From Albugo candida (taxonomy: Eukaryota): a stretch of 64,000 bases of DNA. A program made the position numbers and the translations under genes. The stretch lies in NCBI GenBank assembly GCA_040437565.1, contig JBDOQK010000021.1, positions 310,001 through 374,000 on the forward strand, given 5' to 3'. Numbering within the stretch: the stretch's first letter is position 1; each line of letters begins with the position of its first letter. Shown piece after piece: positions 11,961-25,862 of this stretch. The notes beneath the pieces were generated by a model that worked only from the letters and a program-made list of their open reading frames with translations, was not told where the DNA came from and ran no database searches.

Positions 11961-13100
11961 TTATACTTGATGAGCAAGCGGTACACCAATTACGCCATTG
12001 AAAAGGTTTTGTACAGCAATATCAGCCATGGATTGACGCGTTTTGACAGTGGCAGACCCGATATGCGGAAAAATGGTACAATTGGGCAATGAGAACAATG
12101 GATGAGTTGGTGAAAGCGGTTCTGGAGTCGTGACATCCAATCCGGCGCCAGCAATCTTTCCTGTACTCAATGCGACGTACAATGCATCTTGATCGATGAT
12201 GTCTCCACGAGTCGTATTGATAAATACCGCATCCGACTTCATTTTATCGAAGCAATTGGAGTCGAAAAACTTGTGCGTGGAAGTTGTTAACGGTAGATGT
12301 AAGCTAACGACATCACTATTGACTAATAATGTGTCCAAATCGACGTATTCGATATTGGAGCCGACTCGTACTTCATTCTCTGGTTTTCTATTCGGACCAG
12401 TGTATAAAATTTTACAGTTGAAACCATTGTGCATCATTTTGGCGAATTCGGTTCCGATTCGACCCAGCCCAACAATACCGATTTTATTACCCGTTGAATC
12501 AGATCCACAGTACCTACAAGTACAAAGACAATTACAAGATCAGAATCAGCATCAGAATCAGAACCGACGGAAGTGATCAAATTGTACCTGAATAGATGCC
12601 ACGCTCCCCAGCTTCCAGTTCGTGCACTATTGACGCACTCTAGCAATTTACGCTTAACTGTGAATGTCAGAGCGACGGCAGTTTCTGCGGTGGTGACATC
12701 GAGCACACCGGGTGTATTTCCGACTACTATTCCGGCAGCATTACAGGCTTGAATGTCGATGTGGTCATACCCAACCGATAGTGTGGAGACAACCTTCAAA
12801 TAGGGACCAGCTGCCGTTATCAGTTCTTGATCTATTGTATCTTGGAGAGCGCATAGTAACCCAGTGATCCCTTTAACTTGCTGTAATAGCTGTGCACGCG
12901 GCATATGATTGTCTGATGGATAGTAAGCGATTTGGATGGATTTTGCGACTTCATTTGAGGATGCGGCAATTAATTTTCGGAACTGATCTGAGTGCAGAAA
13001 AACTCATAAACCCCGTAGTGAATTAATTAGATTTCTTACCAACTGCGTAGGGTACGGAGCGAGAAAAGAAAACACGACGAATCGGTAAAGACGACGTCAT
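11961..13100 (-). CDS. D-isomer-specific 2-hydroxyacid dehydrogenase (glyoxylate/hydroxypyruvate reductase-like), spliced
   Basis: Motifs SVGYDHID, NTPGVL, INTTRGDIIDQDAL, GAGLDVTTPEPL and PHIGSAT. Two short introns. Confidence 0.9.
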
Positions 13101-13263
13101 AATACAGCGCTCTTGAATTATTTGATTACCAACCAGTACTGAATTTTTTCGGGACTGACAAAGCAATTGTCAATTTCTGACTGGGTAACGCAGTCAAAAC
13201 GGAATCTACTACTGGTTGTTACCGGTACCAGTGCTGGTAGTACGTAAATGATGAGCAAAGAGA

Positions 13264-13335
13264 AGCGCCAGACCGGGTTCGAACCAGTGACCATTCGAGC
13301 TGCAATCGAACGCTCTACCACTGAGCTACTCGCGC
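13264..13335 (-). tRNA. tRNA-Cys (GCA)
   Basis: 72-nt cloverleaf GCGCGAGTAGCTCAGTGGTAGAGC...TTCGA-TTGCAGC-TCGAA...GGTTCGAACCC...GGCGCT. One G:G mismatch in the acceptor stem. Confidence 0.9.
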
Positions 13336-13968
13336 TTTCCATACGTGTACCCAAAACGACTTAATATTTATACTGTATTCTTTACCGTAAAGTGACGAAA
13401 TACAAACTATTAGAAACGTTGTGAATACCAAAAAAAGCTGCAAAAAATCCCATACACTTCCACTGCAGCTTCTCCAGCATTAAAGATGTAAGATAAAAGC
13501 GCAGTACGCGATGTTATCACAAAAGAATATAAATACCTTAGATCAGTATGAACTTGCTTTCGATATTCACACAAACTACATAAACAAGTGCTTTTGACGC
13601 TTCATTCCGATAGTATGTGCGATGTTATAGAGTGTCAAGTACGGAATCGATTTCCCCATAGGTGCAAGTTTTTTTTTTTTTTTTGTGGAAGTTGGAATCA
13701 TATCACATAAACAGACCTTGACTGTTTATGTCCGTTTGCTGTTAAGTACGCACTCGGAACGTTCGTTACCTTTCATTATATAGTTAGCAAGATAACAGGG
13801 TCGATAAATTGTGCCTGGGATATTTTATATTTTTATTCTGCTTCGTAAGGCGGCATGCACATCCAATCGCAGCTGCGTCGATTTCCTCGACAGATTCTAT
13901 TCGCAAATAAGAAGCCAGTAGCTCGACAAGTGACGACAAAATTAACTCAAGCTCCCTACCACCATCCA

Positions 13969-14808
13969 ATGAGAAACTATTCTGCTCATTTTACTAATTT
14001 CAAAACCGTTAATGCCCCCGAATTTGCTCGACTAAGTCAAGGTCCGTGTCTATAAAAAATCGCGTCATAGCAGTCAATCACACCGATAGTCAGATATACA
14101 ACAATTGGATGAAAAACGGGAAGTAATCATCAAACGGTCTCGTGAGATCCTCAAAGCCAGGTTAAAATCGTGTGACCAGGATCCACTAATATTATGTAAC
14201 CACTCTTTTTTAGCAAGCAAGCAATTTTTGCTCTTCATCGAAAAGACACTGTGAGTGCATCCTTAGAATTAAAGGAAGCGGAAACTGTGATTGGGGCGCT
14301 GGCGTCGCTCATTAGTCGAGATCCAGTCAATTTGAGAGTCGGAGCATTTACAGCCTGTTTGGAAGAATATGTGGAGGCAAAATGCTTTGAAGCATACCTG
14401 CAAGAGTCGGTGTTACTTCCATTTGCGGCTGTAACTCCTTTTCAAGTGGCCTATCCGGAGTACATAGGTGGCGTCATCGACTTTACGGGTGAGCTTGTGC
14501 GGTATGCGATCGCCAGGGCAACAGTACGTGATGAAGAAGAGGTGAAAAAAGCACGAAGTTTGGTGCAATTGATTGCAGAAGAGTTAGTGGAATTTGACTT
14601 TAGAAATGGTTCTTTGCGCAAAAAATATGATAGTCTCAAGTATAATTTACAGAAACTGGAGGTATGTCTTCGGCTTATTGAAAGATAGGATAGCAATTTG
14701 ACTTTGATTTGATAGAACACTCTTTATGAGTTATCGTTGGTAACAGCGTCTGGTTGGAGGCTTCAGACAGCTGATAGTAACATTGCTGAAAGCGAAGAGA
14801 CAGCATGA
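13969..14808 (+). CDS. Translin/TRAX family protein, multi-exon
   Basis: Spliced motifs DEKREVIIKRSREILKASKQAIFALHR, EEYVEA, YIGGVIDFTGELVRYAI and LRKKYDSLKYNLQKLE. The start may lie further upstream. Confidence 0.85.
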
Positions 14809-15259
14809 TACGAGCAGCATGTTCTGTGATACCTCATAATGTATTGTAATAGAGATGTCGAGTGTTTTCTCGCGCAGGATGAGTGAAGTAATGAGAAAAT
14901 GACACACAAACTTCTGACTTTTCTGGAAGGAAAGAACGCACTTTGAGCGGTACTCCGAGTCACCTTGTGTTCTTCATGCAAAATACGGTTTTCATTGCGT
15001 TCTTAGAACGTGCAAATGCAATTAATTCTAAGAAACAATTAAGTTCGTGCGTACTTTCTACACACGGTTGTATCATTTCCCTGCACCCATCGAAATTAGA
15101 TGGGTTGATAATCAGGGAAAACGCATCTATGTACAGAAGTACGGAACTAATTCGTCCATCTGTGTGGTGAACTTTTTGTGGAGCGCTGACCTAGCTCATT
15201 CTGTTACTTACTCTGTAATTTACAAAGCGATTCTAATTGAGACACACAACGACGTGAGG

Positions 15260-16096
15260 ATGGAATTTGTGCGCTCCGATTTTTTTCCGGTCAATCAGGA
15301 TGAGCGTTTGAGCTCACCAAGGATCCACAACCATCAAATTAGGGAAACAAAAATGGATATGCACGGTCTCACTCAAAACCTCGTGTTCAAGACACCTTCA
15401 GCGTTGGTACCCAATTTATATCGTGGACGATGTCGTTACCCATCACAAAGATGTGACAACGAACGAGCCTTGAAACGAAACGGACAAGCCCATAAATTGT
15501 GTGAAAAACATCGAAAGAAGCAAAACGAACATCAGCGAAAGTTTGATGGCAAGAAATCTAAAGGTCAAAAGGCGAAATCAGTTAGAATCAAGCTTAATCC
15601 TGTATCAAGCGGTAAATTACGCATTACGACCCCACAGTCATCTCTCGCGGGTGTATATCCTCGCTGGTGTGCACCCCACCATTGCAGAGTTCAAGATCAT
15701 ACGAGTCCTTCATCTTCTCAACAATACATTCCGTTTGCGGATAATACGCAATTTAGGCTTTCGAATCGGTCCGTCTTTACTGAAAGCAACATACGAGCGC
15801 CACGCGCAGAAGCAAGCATGGCTCCTCGTCCCACTGATCTAGTGGCAACACTACACACTACTTCGACTTTTGATCGTGAAAGAATGCGTTCCGTTCGATT
15901 ACCGTCCTTAAGTACGAATCTGTTTGGAATTGGAATCGAATTGCACCAACCACGCAGACTTCACAATTCAATCAAGAACCTCTGTTCACAAGCGCCAAGC
16001 ACTTTGATACAAGAGCAGTCCGCTGTACCACCCCCTCTACAACCTTATAGGCTTTCGTCAAGTACGAGGGGATGTGGTCTTGGCCAATGTTTTTGA
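15260..16096 (+). CDS. Oomycete-type protein with a basic Cys/His (putative zinc-binding) motif
   Basis: CRYPSQRCDNERALKRNGQAHKLCEKHRKKQNEHQRK followed by a low-complexity Ser/Pro tail. Start codon uncertain (15260 or 15353). Confidence 0.7.
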   Translation: MEFVRSDFFPVNQDERLSSPRIHNHQIRETKMDMHGLTQNLVFKTPSALVPNLYRGRCRYPSQRCDNERALKRNGQAHKLCEKHRKKQNEHQRKFDGKKSKGQKAKSVRIKLNPVSSGKLRITTPQSSLAGVYPRWCAPHHCRVQDHTSPSSSQQYIPFADNTQFRLSNRSVFTESNIRAPRAEASMAPRPTDLVATLHTTSTFDRERMRSVRLPSLSTNLFGIGIELHQPRRLHNSIKNLCSQAPSTLIQEQSAVPPPLQPYRLSSSTRGCGLGQCF

Positions 16097-16441
16097 TCTC
16101 TAGGAGAAACACTTGTAATCTGTATATAGCAACATGGGACAAAGCAATTGCATAGAAGTCAGGGTTCAGGTCTGTACCGGTGAATTTGGCTACGGTCAGA
16201 ACCGGTTACAATGTGGCTGTGAGCGACAACTATCGCCCTAGGTTACTTGAAACAAAAACTTGGATTTTAGTCGTTCCATAGGCGATAATATTGTATACAC
16301 TGTATGGTTTCTTTAGTCGTCACGTGTTAAGTGGTATAGTAAGCGTATACCATTTGGTGGAATGAATGCGCGCATTAAATCCCCATGCGGTACCTGATTG
16401 ATTATATATCGCTATATTCTACCAATCAACATCTTCCAGAC

Positions 16442-17899
16442 ATGCACATTCGAGCCGCTGTGACGTGTTCATTTCATCGTTTCTCGCGTTCATTTTCTGT
16501 GGCACCACCTCGCTACAAGATCCTCTTCTTTGGAACAGATCACATATCTGTATCTACGCTACAGAGATTGCACGAAAATAGGTGCAAATTGGTCAAATTT
16601 GCTGCAAAATTGACCTATAACTCTATTTGTACTCCCACTCTAGCAAGCAACACGAGGAATCTCTGATCAGTACGATTGAAATCGTATGTCCTTCCGATCG
16701 AAAAATTGGACGCAGAAAGAAAAAGGAACCGGTTCCTGTAAAACGGTATGCGATGGAAAACGGCCTTACATTCACAGAAACACCTTCATATATGTAAGTA
16801 TATCGACACGCTATTCGCAATTACGTCACGTGATCATTATAGAAAATCTCTCAAGCATTGGAATGTTCCGAATAAAAGCCCCTTTGATGTCGGTGTTGTT
16901 GTTTCATTTGGCTATTTCCTCGTACGTATATTGACTATGAAGTAGGACACTCACTGTATTTGTTAGTATCCTCACTTACTGGACAATCTTAAATATGGAG
17001 CCATCAACATGCATCCGTCTCTATTGCCCAAGGTTCATTAAAACCTCAGTCATCCCATCACTCACTAGCGTCCGCATAGTATCGAGGCCCAGCTCCGATC
17101 CACCACGCCTTACTCAATGGTGACCGTACTACTGGAGTCTCGGTTATTGAGATTGATCCACTCGCATTTGACACGGGTCGAATCCTGCTACAGAAAACAT
17201 TTCCGATCCCCGAGAATATCACTTTCCAACCGTAATACTTGCTCGCCATTGCCGTTTGCACACTCACAGTTATCAAATCATCAGCTTGGCGACCAATTTA
17301 TCCGAATTTGGAGCTTCCTGTGTAGTCGAAACATTGCGTAATTTACCTTATTTGAAGCAACACGCAACGGTACAAAACGACTCACAAGCGTCAAAGGCGC
17401 CTAAAGTTCGGTTCGAGCACGGAATACTGTCACTCAAAGAGTCTGCTACGGAAATTTTTCAGGTTTGAGTATCAGTCGACCTGAAAACGAACCTAAGAAT
17501 CTGGGGTAAGAAATGGCAGGCGCTTGGTGATTCAGTGGGCGTCTCGGTGGCATTCAGAGGAAAACGGGTCAAGTTATGCAAGATCGAGATCCCGAGTGAA
17601 GAAATGATATTGAAAGGTTGGTCTCTGAGTTTTGTTGTTGAGTGCTCAAATACTTTGTCCTAGTAGAACAGGAATTATTATGTGGTGCATTCATTTTTGA
17701 TACCCAAATCAAGGCGCTTTGGTTGAAATGTGCGCAGAATTCGTGGCTGCTGGTATTTTCATTACAACAGGAAGATCGTAAAATCGGAGATGCGCTGGAT
17801 TTTGTGAACGGATATCGTCTCCGAAACAATATAGCGAAATTTGAGCCAGTTGGTAGTCTTCAAACATGCGAAAATGACACCAAGAAGCATCACAATTGA
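16442..17899 (+). CDS. fmt: Methionyl-tRNA formyltransferase (probably mitochondrial), multi-exon
   Basis: Spliced motifs [47 protein letters not shown] and DTGRILLQ. The Arg/Ser-rich N-terminus resembles a targeting peptide. Confidence 0.9.
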
Positions 17900-18678
17900 C
17901 TCGATGGGTATCGAGTCAGCGACCTTTGGACTATACAATTGAGATCACATGTCTTCTCTAAAACGTTAACTTCCATTAGTTTGTCTGGGTCATGTGTTGT
18001 ATCTGTTAGCATTCGGCTTTGGAAACAGCGATTTCATAGAACAAGCGATTGGTTTCCTTGCTTTCCTAGCACATCAACGTGGCTAGTCGACTTGCTAGCG
18101 TACATTGCGCCATACATCTTCACCCCCTCACAGTATCCAGCGATGGGATTCGGATATTGCGTGGACTTATGACGTTACCAAATTCAAATTCTGATCGCGT
18201 ATCGATGCTGCCATATGCGGCTTTTGGACACATTCTGCCTGCTATTGTTCGACCATTCTCCATCAAAGTGTCGCGCGAGAGACATAGAGTTTATAGAGTG
18301 CGTTGGAGTCATTCAAACGAAAAAGTTGAAACTGGTCGGCGTGTCACTTCTGCCTCGCAAGCTGTCGTTGCTACCTCTTCAGTCAGGCTCTGCGGTATAT
18401 CTCGTCATCTCTCAAGATTGCGATGGCAAGAGCACAGCGAACCGATTGAATCGGTAGTTTTTCACTGATTAGTATACTTGCGGTCACGATTCTATAACTA
18501 TGTCGTTATGAATAGACTTAACAAACAGAACGATACATCATTCATACATAAACCTAGGATCGAAGGTAAAGAGTGGGACCATGTCATAAGAAAGTAAAAT
18601 GTATTCATGCATACGATGTTTATCTGGTTCTTCAACTGCCTTTCTGACTCCTACCATCAGCCCGTGACCGTGTGAATA

Positions 18679-18789
18679 TCACTTGACCTNNNNNNNNNNN
18701 NNNNNNNNNNNNNNNNNNNNNNNNNNNNNNNNNNNNNNNNNNNNNNNNNNNNNNNNNNNNNNNNNNNNNNNNNNNNNNNNNNNNNNNNN
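18679..18789 (-). other. Inferred 3' end of a further effector-family gene hidden in an assembly gap
   Basis: The flank GCCCGTGACCGTGTGAATATCA matches the stop-codon flank of member C (25844-25865). Sequence after the gap matches the spacer found upstream of family promoters. Confidence 0.55.
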
Positions 18790-19329
18790 CGCGAGCAAGG
18801 AATTGTCCAGAAACACTCAAATGCCTGCACTACGAGTATCAGAATCGGAAGTATCTGGACTAATGATCAGATAAGACGCAGTTATCTCTTGACATCTTCA
18901 TTCCATTCCTCTCTCAACTGTCAACACCGTGCACCCTGACTTCTCGAGACTCGGTTCGTTCGATCGTATACAGCACGCTTAAACAGTACTCTTCTTTGGC
19001 AAACGCACTGCAAGGTCTTCTGGTGTCATGCTTTGGAATGTGACCTTGAAATTCAGCGATGCTGATCCACATTCCTGTAAGAACATTTGTGACCTTTATC
19101 CAAGTCAATAATGGGACGATTTCCTTGTAATAAGGCGAATTGCACTGTGTTGTGCTATAGGCAGACCCACTCAGCATCGATTGAGACGTATGTCACAATG
19201 GTCTGCACGATATCGGAAGCATCAATTTTCCATCACAAGAAGGCGTTTCGATACGCGCGCAGCCATTTGACTGTATCTGCCTTCTGAGCTGTTGTCTCGA
19301 ACATTGTTGCAAGTTTGTGCATTGTGACG

Positions 19330-19697
19330 TCATCCTCGTGTGTGTCATCATTAGGGTGACCATTAAAAAACACTTTACGCGATCAGCGAGTTTGCCCATT
19401 TATAAACCTTTTGCCTCCAATAGGTCTGTAGTGTCCAAAAGCGACTCATTTATACTCTCATGTGTTTGTGTATGCGTCAGAACGCAATTCTTCTTGTAAG
19501 GTTCGGAATCGGAGTTCATACGATAATCCGATGGCTTCTGAGCTTATCGGGGCATCTGCCAAGAAAAAACTCAACCGAAGAATCTCCTCCTTAGGTGCCA
19601 CCTTTTCTCGTGCTTGAGTTTAGAATCGTGCAGCAATCTCTGCGTTTCTAACAGTGACCAGAATGCGCACGACCTGTTCGAAGTTGAGAGAGATCAT
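19330..19697 (-). pseudogene. Effector-family pseudogene (H-like)
   Basis: ATG at 19697 reads MISLNFEQVVRILVTVRNAEIAARF then a stop. Its DNA and upstream region align with 39545-39940. The 3' boundary is approximate. Confidence 0.75.
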
Positions 19698-20999
19698 GTG
19701 TCCTTCTTGACTACTGGATAGTCAGAAGCAATTGTTATGTGAATTACTCTGTTATAGGGTGTGGTGAAGCAGGTCTATCTGTCATTACATCATTATGACA
19801 ACGTCTGTGACTCGTATGACGCTTTAATTAGGTTGCTGAGTAATCTGACGTGTATTGTACATGTACTTACCCTGATTTACGTCCTCGTCTTTCCGCATTA
19901 ATAACTTTATTCTTTCGACGGACGCTTATTAATAAGATATAGAAGTACCTTGATCTTACGCCAAGTCGAAAATGATATTATATCACCTCTTAAGATGCTT
20001 GTTCTTCCAGCAACCCGCTGAAGATGCGACACTGTCACCATTCTAAACGATGCTTTTGTAGGCGACTGGTCTCTGACAACAAAAGCATACCGTCAAGTGA
20101 GCTCAAGTAATGATATGTGCAGCTGAAGCCTTCCAACATTTAGCACTCACACGGAATCTGTATGATATGTTTTCAGATTAACCAAATGTCTGCAAAGTCT
20201 CCAGGAACCTTCAGCCCCAACACAATGTCTGAATATGACCCTTGTCGTCCAGGTACATTCTCCGACATTTGGGACCGCGGAAACGGTACGTCATGCTTGG
20301 AGGGTACGTTGAAGTGAATACTGTACAGCCTTCCTTCAAGTCTTATCTCGTTTCCACAAATAGGAACGTTCTTGAGAGTCATCACATTGTGATAAGGAAC
20401 ATCCGGTGCACAAAAAAGAGCCAAAAAGCGCACGACCTGCAATCCTGCTTCATTTGCACCATAAAGGGTAGCACAAGTTGCAAGCTTTGTTATGGAGTGA
20501 GTTGTTAATATTGCAAGAATTACACGCTTAGAAGATAGACCCAATTGCTTTTTGAAACTGTTCGTGGTCGCAGTGATTGATGCCGATTCATGGAACTTAT
20601 ATCTTTTACTCTCTGACAATACTCGTGTTCGAATTTGCTCACAATCAGCGGCTGCACAGAAGGCAATCGAAATGACAGAGCTTCGTGATGCCTCAGGAAT
20701 ACTGCTTCGAGCGTCATCATATTGAAACAAGAAAGCATGATTAAATTTGCACATACGTGGTCATCATAAGCTTGATTATGTACGTGGGCTTGCTGTTGGA
20801 TTTTCGATTTAGTTTAATTCGCCAAATCCGAGATGTGTTGCGGTCGATACAAAAGTGTTGGAGAGCAATAACTCATAGAGAAATACTCTTTTCTCGGACC
20901 ACACCGGTCCATTGTGAATGAGAAGTCGCAAAACCAAATAGCGATGGGGATGCTTCGTTTGGTGAGTTCTTCAGCTGTTGTAGAACCAGTAAAGCGCGA

Positions 21000-23340
21000 A
21001 CGAAGGACTGTCAGCGCACCGTCACTTCAATTTTAAGCTGGATAAAGAAAAGCAATGTTGTGGCCATTGACAAACATTTTTTCCTGCATTTCTGGAAGTA
21101 ATAGACTGAATGATTCCAGTTGGTTGTGATCGTAAAACTTGGATGACAAAATGGGGTGATGTTGTATGACGTGGTCGATAAAAAGATGAACATTTTTATG
21201 ATGCCATTGACATTCCCCGTGAGTGCGGAGATGTTGTTCCACGTTGCATTAGCGATGAGCCCTTAGCATTTACACTGAAGTGGACCCACAATCAACTTCT
21301 TGTAACCTTGAAATGAGAGGTAGATTATTGCTAATTCTTCCGGAAAAAAAAGAGTTTTGAATGAGATCTCGTCGATAATCCCTTGCCATTTTCCTTCAAA
21401 CCATTGGGACCAACACTTAATGCCGAATGTTGGACTCAATAATCATTTGTGGAAGCAAGACGAGCAGCACACAGGAGTCCGATTCCATCATCGCGAGAGC
21501 TTTCGTTGCTCTTATCAAACGGAGAACGTTTTCAGCACTGACTTCCACCACCACGCTATTTTCTTAAACATTGCGTTTCGCTTCGATATAAACCACCCAC
21601 CAACATGTCGACACCATCGTATCGCGAACGTGACATCTTTATTCAAGCCATGAGCAGCGAATACTCTACTGATCATGCGAAGATGCGCCACGCCATCCAA
21701 AACAATATCATTCGACTCCATACATGCAAGTAGCACACCATTCATTGTGATCGGATGATCAAGAGCTGCCCGGATACTTCTTTCCGGGCTGATACAGAGC
21801 TGTCTCAGCCTGCTCGCCTGAGAGTTGCATGTATCGGGTTGAACAGCTTATCTGGTAGAATTGTGTGGATGGAATTTGTGGAATCAATTTAAATGAACTC
21901 TACCACCTCACCAACCAGAGTTGGTCGCTCCGCTCCTTTCATTTTCGTGTGGTTTTTCCGGATAAGGTGGGCAGCTTCTTTTGAAATAGCTTTTTCTTCT
22001 GGAATCCGTGTTTTCAAGGGAATGATTTGAAAGCGTGTGTCATGCTGCGGGTTGCCAGGCGCTTCGACTTCCTGTCTCTCCACCGTCATTTACACAAGAA
22101 CAGGAAAGGAATTCTCGGTCACTAAACCAGGTAGAGAACGAGGGCGTGCCTTCGAGGCCATGTGACGAAATGGCGCCACACGGTTACGTTTACTGCACGA
22201 ACGATCTAACTGCATGTCTTTATCCCCATGTTACGGGTGGAGCTGATTTATCCTCAAGTACGAGAAGAGGAGGAGTTGACTGCAGAAGTTCCGGGGTATC
22301 TGAAGTTGTGCTATCGAGAGGAGTGTTTCCTCATAGGTTCTTTGTCAACTTTTTTAGGATTGACTAGTATAATCAACGAGGTCGAGGCAACCACTGGTGC
22401 CTGTTTTGGGGTTTTGTGTTCTTACTGTTATTAGGGTGGTAGCAGCATCTCCCAGATCCAAAAACAGTATGGTCCACGCTGACAAAAACGTAGACGTCCA
22501 GTTAGAATCGGACCATTCTAACCCCGTGCAAGGAGGAGTTTTTTTTCCGAATGCAATTTTCTCACATACCTTCCCAACACGCATCAATGCTGTGGACACG
22601 TGGAAGACGCAAGTAAACCCTCCACGTCAAATAAGCACTTATTTCGAGAAATTTGCTCTTCAAAAGTTATTCTGAAGGACAAACACACTTTTTTTCATGG
22701 GGGGATTTCAAATAAGCCTGCCTTTCGACCTCAAGACCGACCCCCAAATATATCCAGATAATACCTGCGTTTTGAAGTGTCGTACTCTTCAAATGTATAA
22801 TTTGCGCCAGAACGGCGACCAACTGGTACTCCAGTTCCTCACGCGTTGGTGGACGTAGCCTTCAGTCTCATATTCCCTCCTGGAAGATTATAGATTTGTT
22901 CAATCTGGCAACTTGAAAAACACGATTCTTTGCCATGATCCCAGAGGAGTAAGATTAGTGATTTTCCATCGAAAAACCGGCCAATGCCCGACCCATAATT
23001 AAATTATCGCATAAATTGCTTTCGCAAGCTTGAAAGGCCGTGTGGCCTCGATTTTGACGGCCACAACAGACCAGTCCGGATACTCTCCGGCATAACACTC
23101 ATACATTGCAGCAGTATCTGAAGCTTCGTCTTTGGGAGCTCCACGCGGTCTTGCGCTTTTGGTCTAGCATTATCTATGTGCAAGGGATTCTGTGACCTGA
23201 TAAGGTGTGCCAACTTGGGACGTCTGGTTTCGTCCACACTTGCAGTCGCCATGGTACCATCCTGTAAAGAGGCAGTGACCGTACCAGTCGTACCACCTTG
23301 AACGCCCTGGACCGTCAAACTTGGGTTACTTTCCACGTCA
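21000..23340 (-). mobile_element. Highly degenerate LTR (Ty3/gypsy-like) retrotransposon pol relic
   Basis: Fragmented frames loosely resemble RT/RNase H and an integrase zinc finger (HLRMISRVF...DVTFAIRWC). No intact motifs; boundaries approximate. Confidence 0.4.
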
Positions 23341-24011
23341 TGTCACACTACAGAATGAAAGCTTTTGGATAAAACGTTTGAACTAACTTGGTAGAAAGTG
23401 ATGTTGCATCAAAATATTGACATCGAAGTGAAAAGTTTATTGTGAATAAGATTCTCACGGATTCTTTGTGTATTTTATATAAGTACTGATACGTATAGAA
23501 TACTCGTCAAGAAGGTTCGAACTAAGTATATGTAGTACTACAGACAAATGAAGTGACTTGCGACTATATATAACCTATTGTATTACTATAAAATACAACA
23601 AGCGCGATTCGGTACCTTGACTCATCCGTCTATAATGTACGGCAAAGACTAATGCGTGATCCTGGGGAATTGAAGCTTTTGGACGACCGAGCATTTTGAA
23701 GCTGAAGTCACTAGTGTCTTTCCGCATAGATAAGGCTAGAGCGAAAGCGCAATACCACGTGGAGCTCCCAAAGCCGAAAGCTTCAAGGGGTGACGACTCA
23801 ACAACATTCGTACAGTCACTATATTCCGGGTGACTCACAAGGGTTGCCACGTCGGTACAACTGGACGCTAGCACCCTGGGTTGTGTCGATCATGTCGACT
23901 TTATTTCGAAAGGAGAGGTTTCAATAATAGTTAAAAAAAAGTTGCTTTCCGAGCTGGTTCTACTAAACGAACGGATTACGAAGTAGCCGGTAAATTGAGG
24001 CGTCCTAACAA

Positions 24012-24857
24012 CATCCCTCACTAGCGACCGTATCATATCGAGCTTCAGCTCCGATCCACCAGGCCTTACTCAATGTTGAGTGCAACACTGGAGTCTCGGT
24101 TACTCAGATTGATCCACTCGCATTTGACACGGGTCGAATCCTGCTTCAAAAAAACATTTGCGATCCGCGAGAATATCACTTTCCAACCGTGATACTTGCT
24201 CGTCATTGCCGTATGCACACTCACAGTTATCAAATTATCAGCTTGGCGACAATTTATCCGATTGGAGGTTCCTGCGTAATCGAGACATTGCGTAATTTAA
24301 CTTATTTGAGGTAGCATGCAACAGTACAAAACCATTCACAAGCGTCAAAGGCGCCGAAAGTTCGTTCGAGCACGGATTACTATCACTCATAGAGTCTTCT
24401 ACGGAAATTTCTCAGGTTTGAGTACCAGTCGACTGAAAAGGAACCCAAGAATCTGGGTAAGAAATGCAGGCGCTTGGTGATTCAGTGGGTGTCTCGGTCG
24501 CATTCAAAGGGAAACGGGTCAAATTATGCAAGATCGAGATCCCGAGTGAAAAAATGATATTGAAAGTTTGGCGTCTTTCTGGGTTTTGTATTTGAGTTTT
24601 CATTTATTTTGTCCTAGTCGAATAATAAAAGCGTTATCAATAATTATGTGGCGCTTTTATTTTTGATACCCAAGTTAAGGCACTTTGGTGCGCAGAATTC
24701 GTGGCTGCTGATATTTTCATTACAACAGGAAGATCGGAAAATCGGAGCTGTGTTAGATTTTGTGAACGGATATCGTCTCAGAAACAGAATCGAGAAATTT
24801 GAGCCAGTTAGTAATCTTCCAATATATGAAGATGACACGAAGAAGCATCAGAAGTGA
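24012..24857 (+). pseudogene. fmt: 5'-truncated, intron-retaining pseudogene of Met-tRNA formyltransferase
   Basis: Colinear with 17051-17899, introns included, but with frameshifts and stops. Homology continues to 25865. Confidence 0.9.
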
Positions 24858-25359
24858 CTTGCTGGGTATCGAGTCAGCGACCTCTAGTACTAAATGATTG
24901 AAATCACATATCTTCTCTAAACTGTTTACCTCCGTTAGCTTATCCTGGTCATGTGTTGTATCTATTAGCATTCGACTTTGAAATCAGCGATTTCATATAA
25001 CAAAGCGATTGGTTTTCTTGCTTTCGTACCATCAACGAGGCAATTTGACTTGCTGGCGCCATACATCTTCACCCACTCTCCTAATCCAGTGAAATGGATC
25101 CGAAGATTGCTAAATCCTACGCAATGAAGTCGACCTCGTCGTCTGAAAGATCACAATCGTGTACCAAATCCAAATTCCGGAAATCAAGAATTGCGTATCG
25201 ATGCTGTCATATGCGAGTTTTGACACTTTCTGCCTTTTATCGTCCAACCATTCCATCAAAAGTGTCGCCGAGAGACGCCGATCTAAATTACTGACTGAAA
25301 TGTTACTCGCATGGATCTGATGCCTATAAATAGCGCAAAATGAATGTAGCAGCTTTCGA

Positions 25360-25385
25360 GCATTGCCGGGAATCGAACACGGGTC
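25360..25385 (-). pseudogene. tRNA 3'-half remnant (tRNA-Gly-like T arm)
   Basis: The reverse strand reads GACCCGTGTTCGATTCCCGGCAATGC. No recognisable anticodon arm. Confidence 0.45.
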
Positions 25386-25862
25386 GTTTTGATTATAATT
25401 TATACACCGAGCGCACCATACAACAAACCATTCATGACTCGAGTCGATAGAGTGTCATCGACACGTGCATACACAGTCGGTGTGTCATTTCTATGTCGAA
25501 GCTGTCGGTGCCACCTCATCAGTCAGGTTCTGCGTATCTCTCGTCACCTTTTGAGATTGCGATGGCGAGACTACAGCAAATCGATGGGTTTTCAGTAGTT
25601 TTTCACTGATTATCATAATTGTGGCCACAATTCTATAACTATATTGTTATAGTATAGACTCAACAAACAAAAGAATGCATCTCTCGCAAATTTTTCATGC
25701 TTCAAACTATCAGTCGCCTGAAAAGACTCACTTAAACTTAGGACCGAATGCGAACGAGTGAGACCAAACCATGTAAAAGTAAAATGTATTGACGCTTACG
25801 ATGTTTATCTGGTTATCTAATCACCTTTCGTATCCTATCGCTAGCCCGTGACCGTGTGAATA

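Noticed and set aside
20173-20754. 193-aa ORF
   Set aside because: No recognisable motif. The homologous DNA near 40260-41050 does not preserve the frame.
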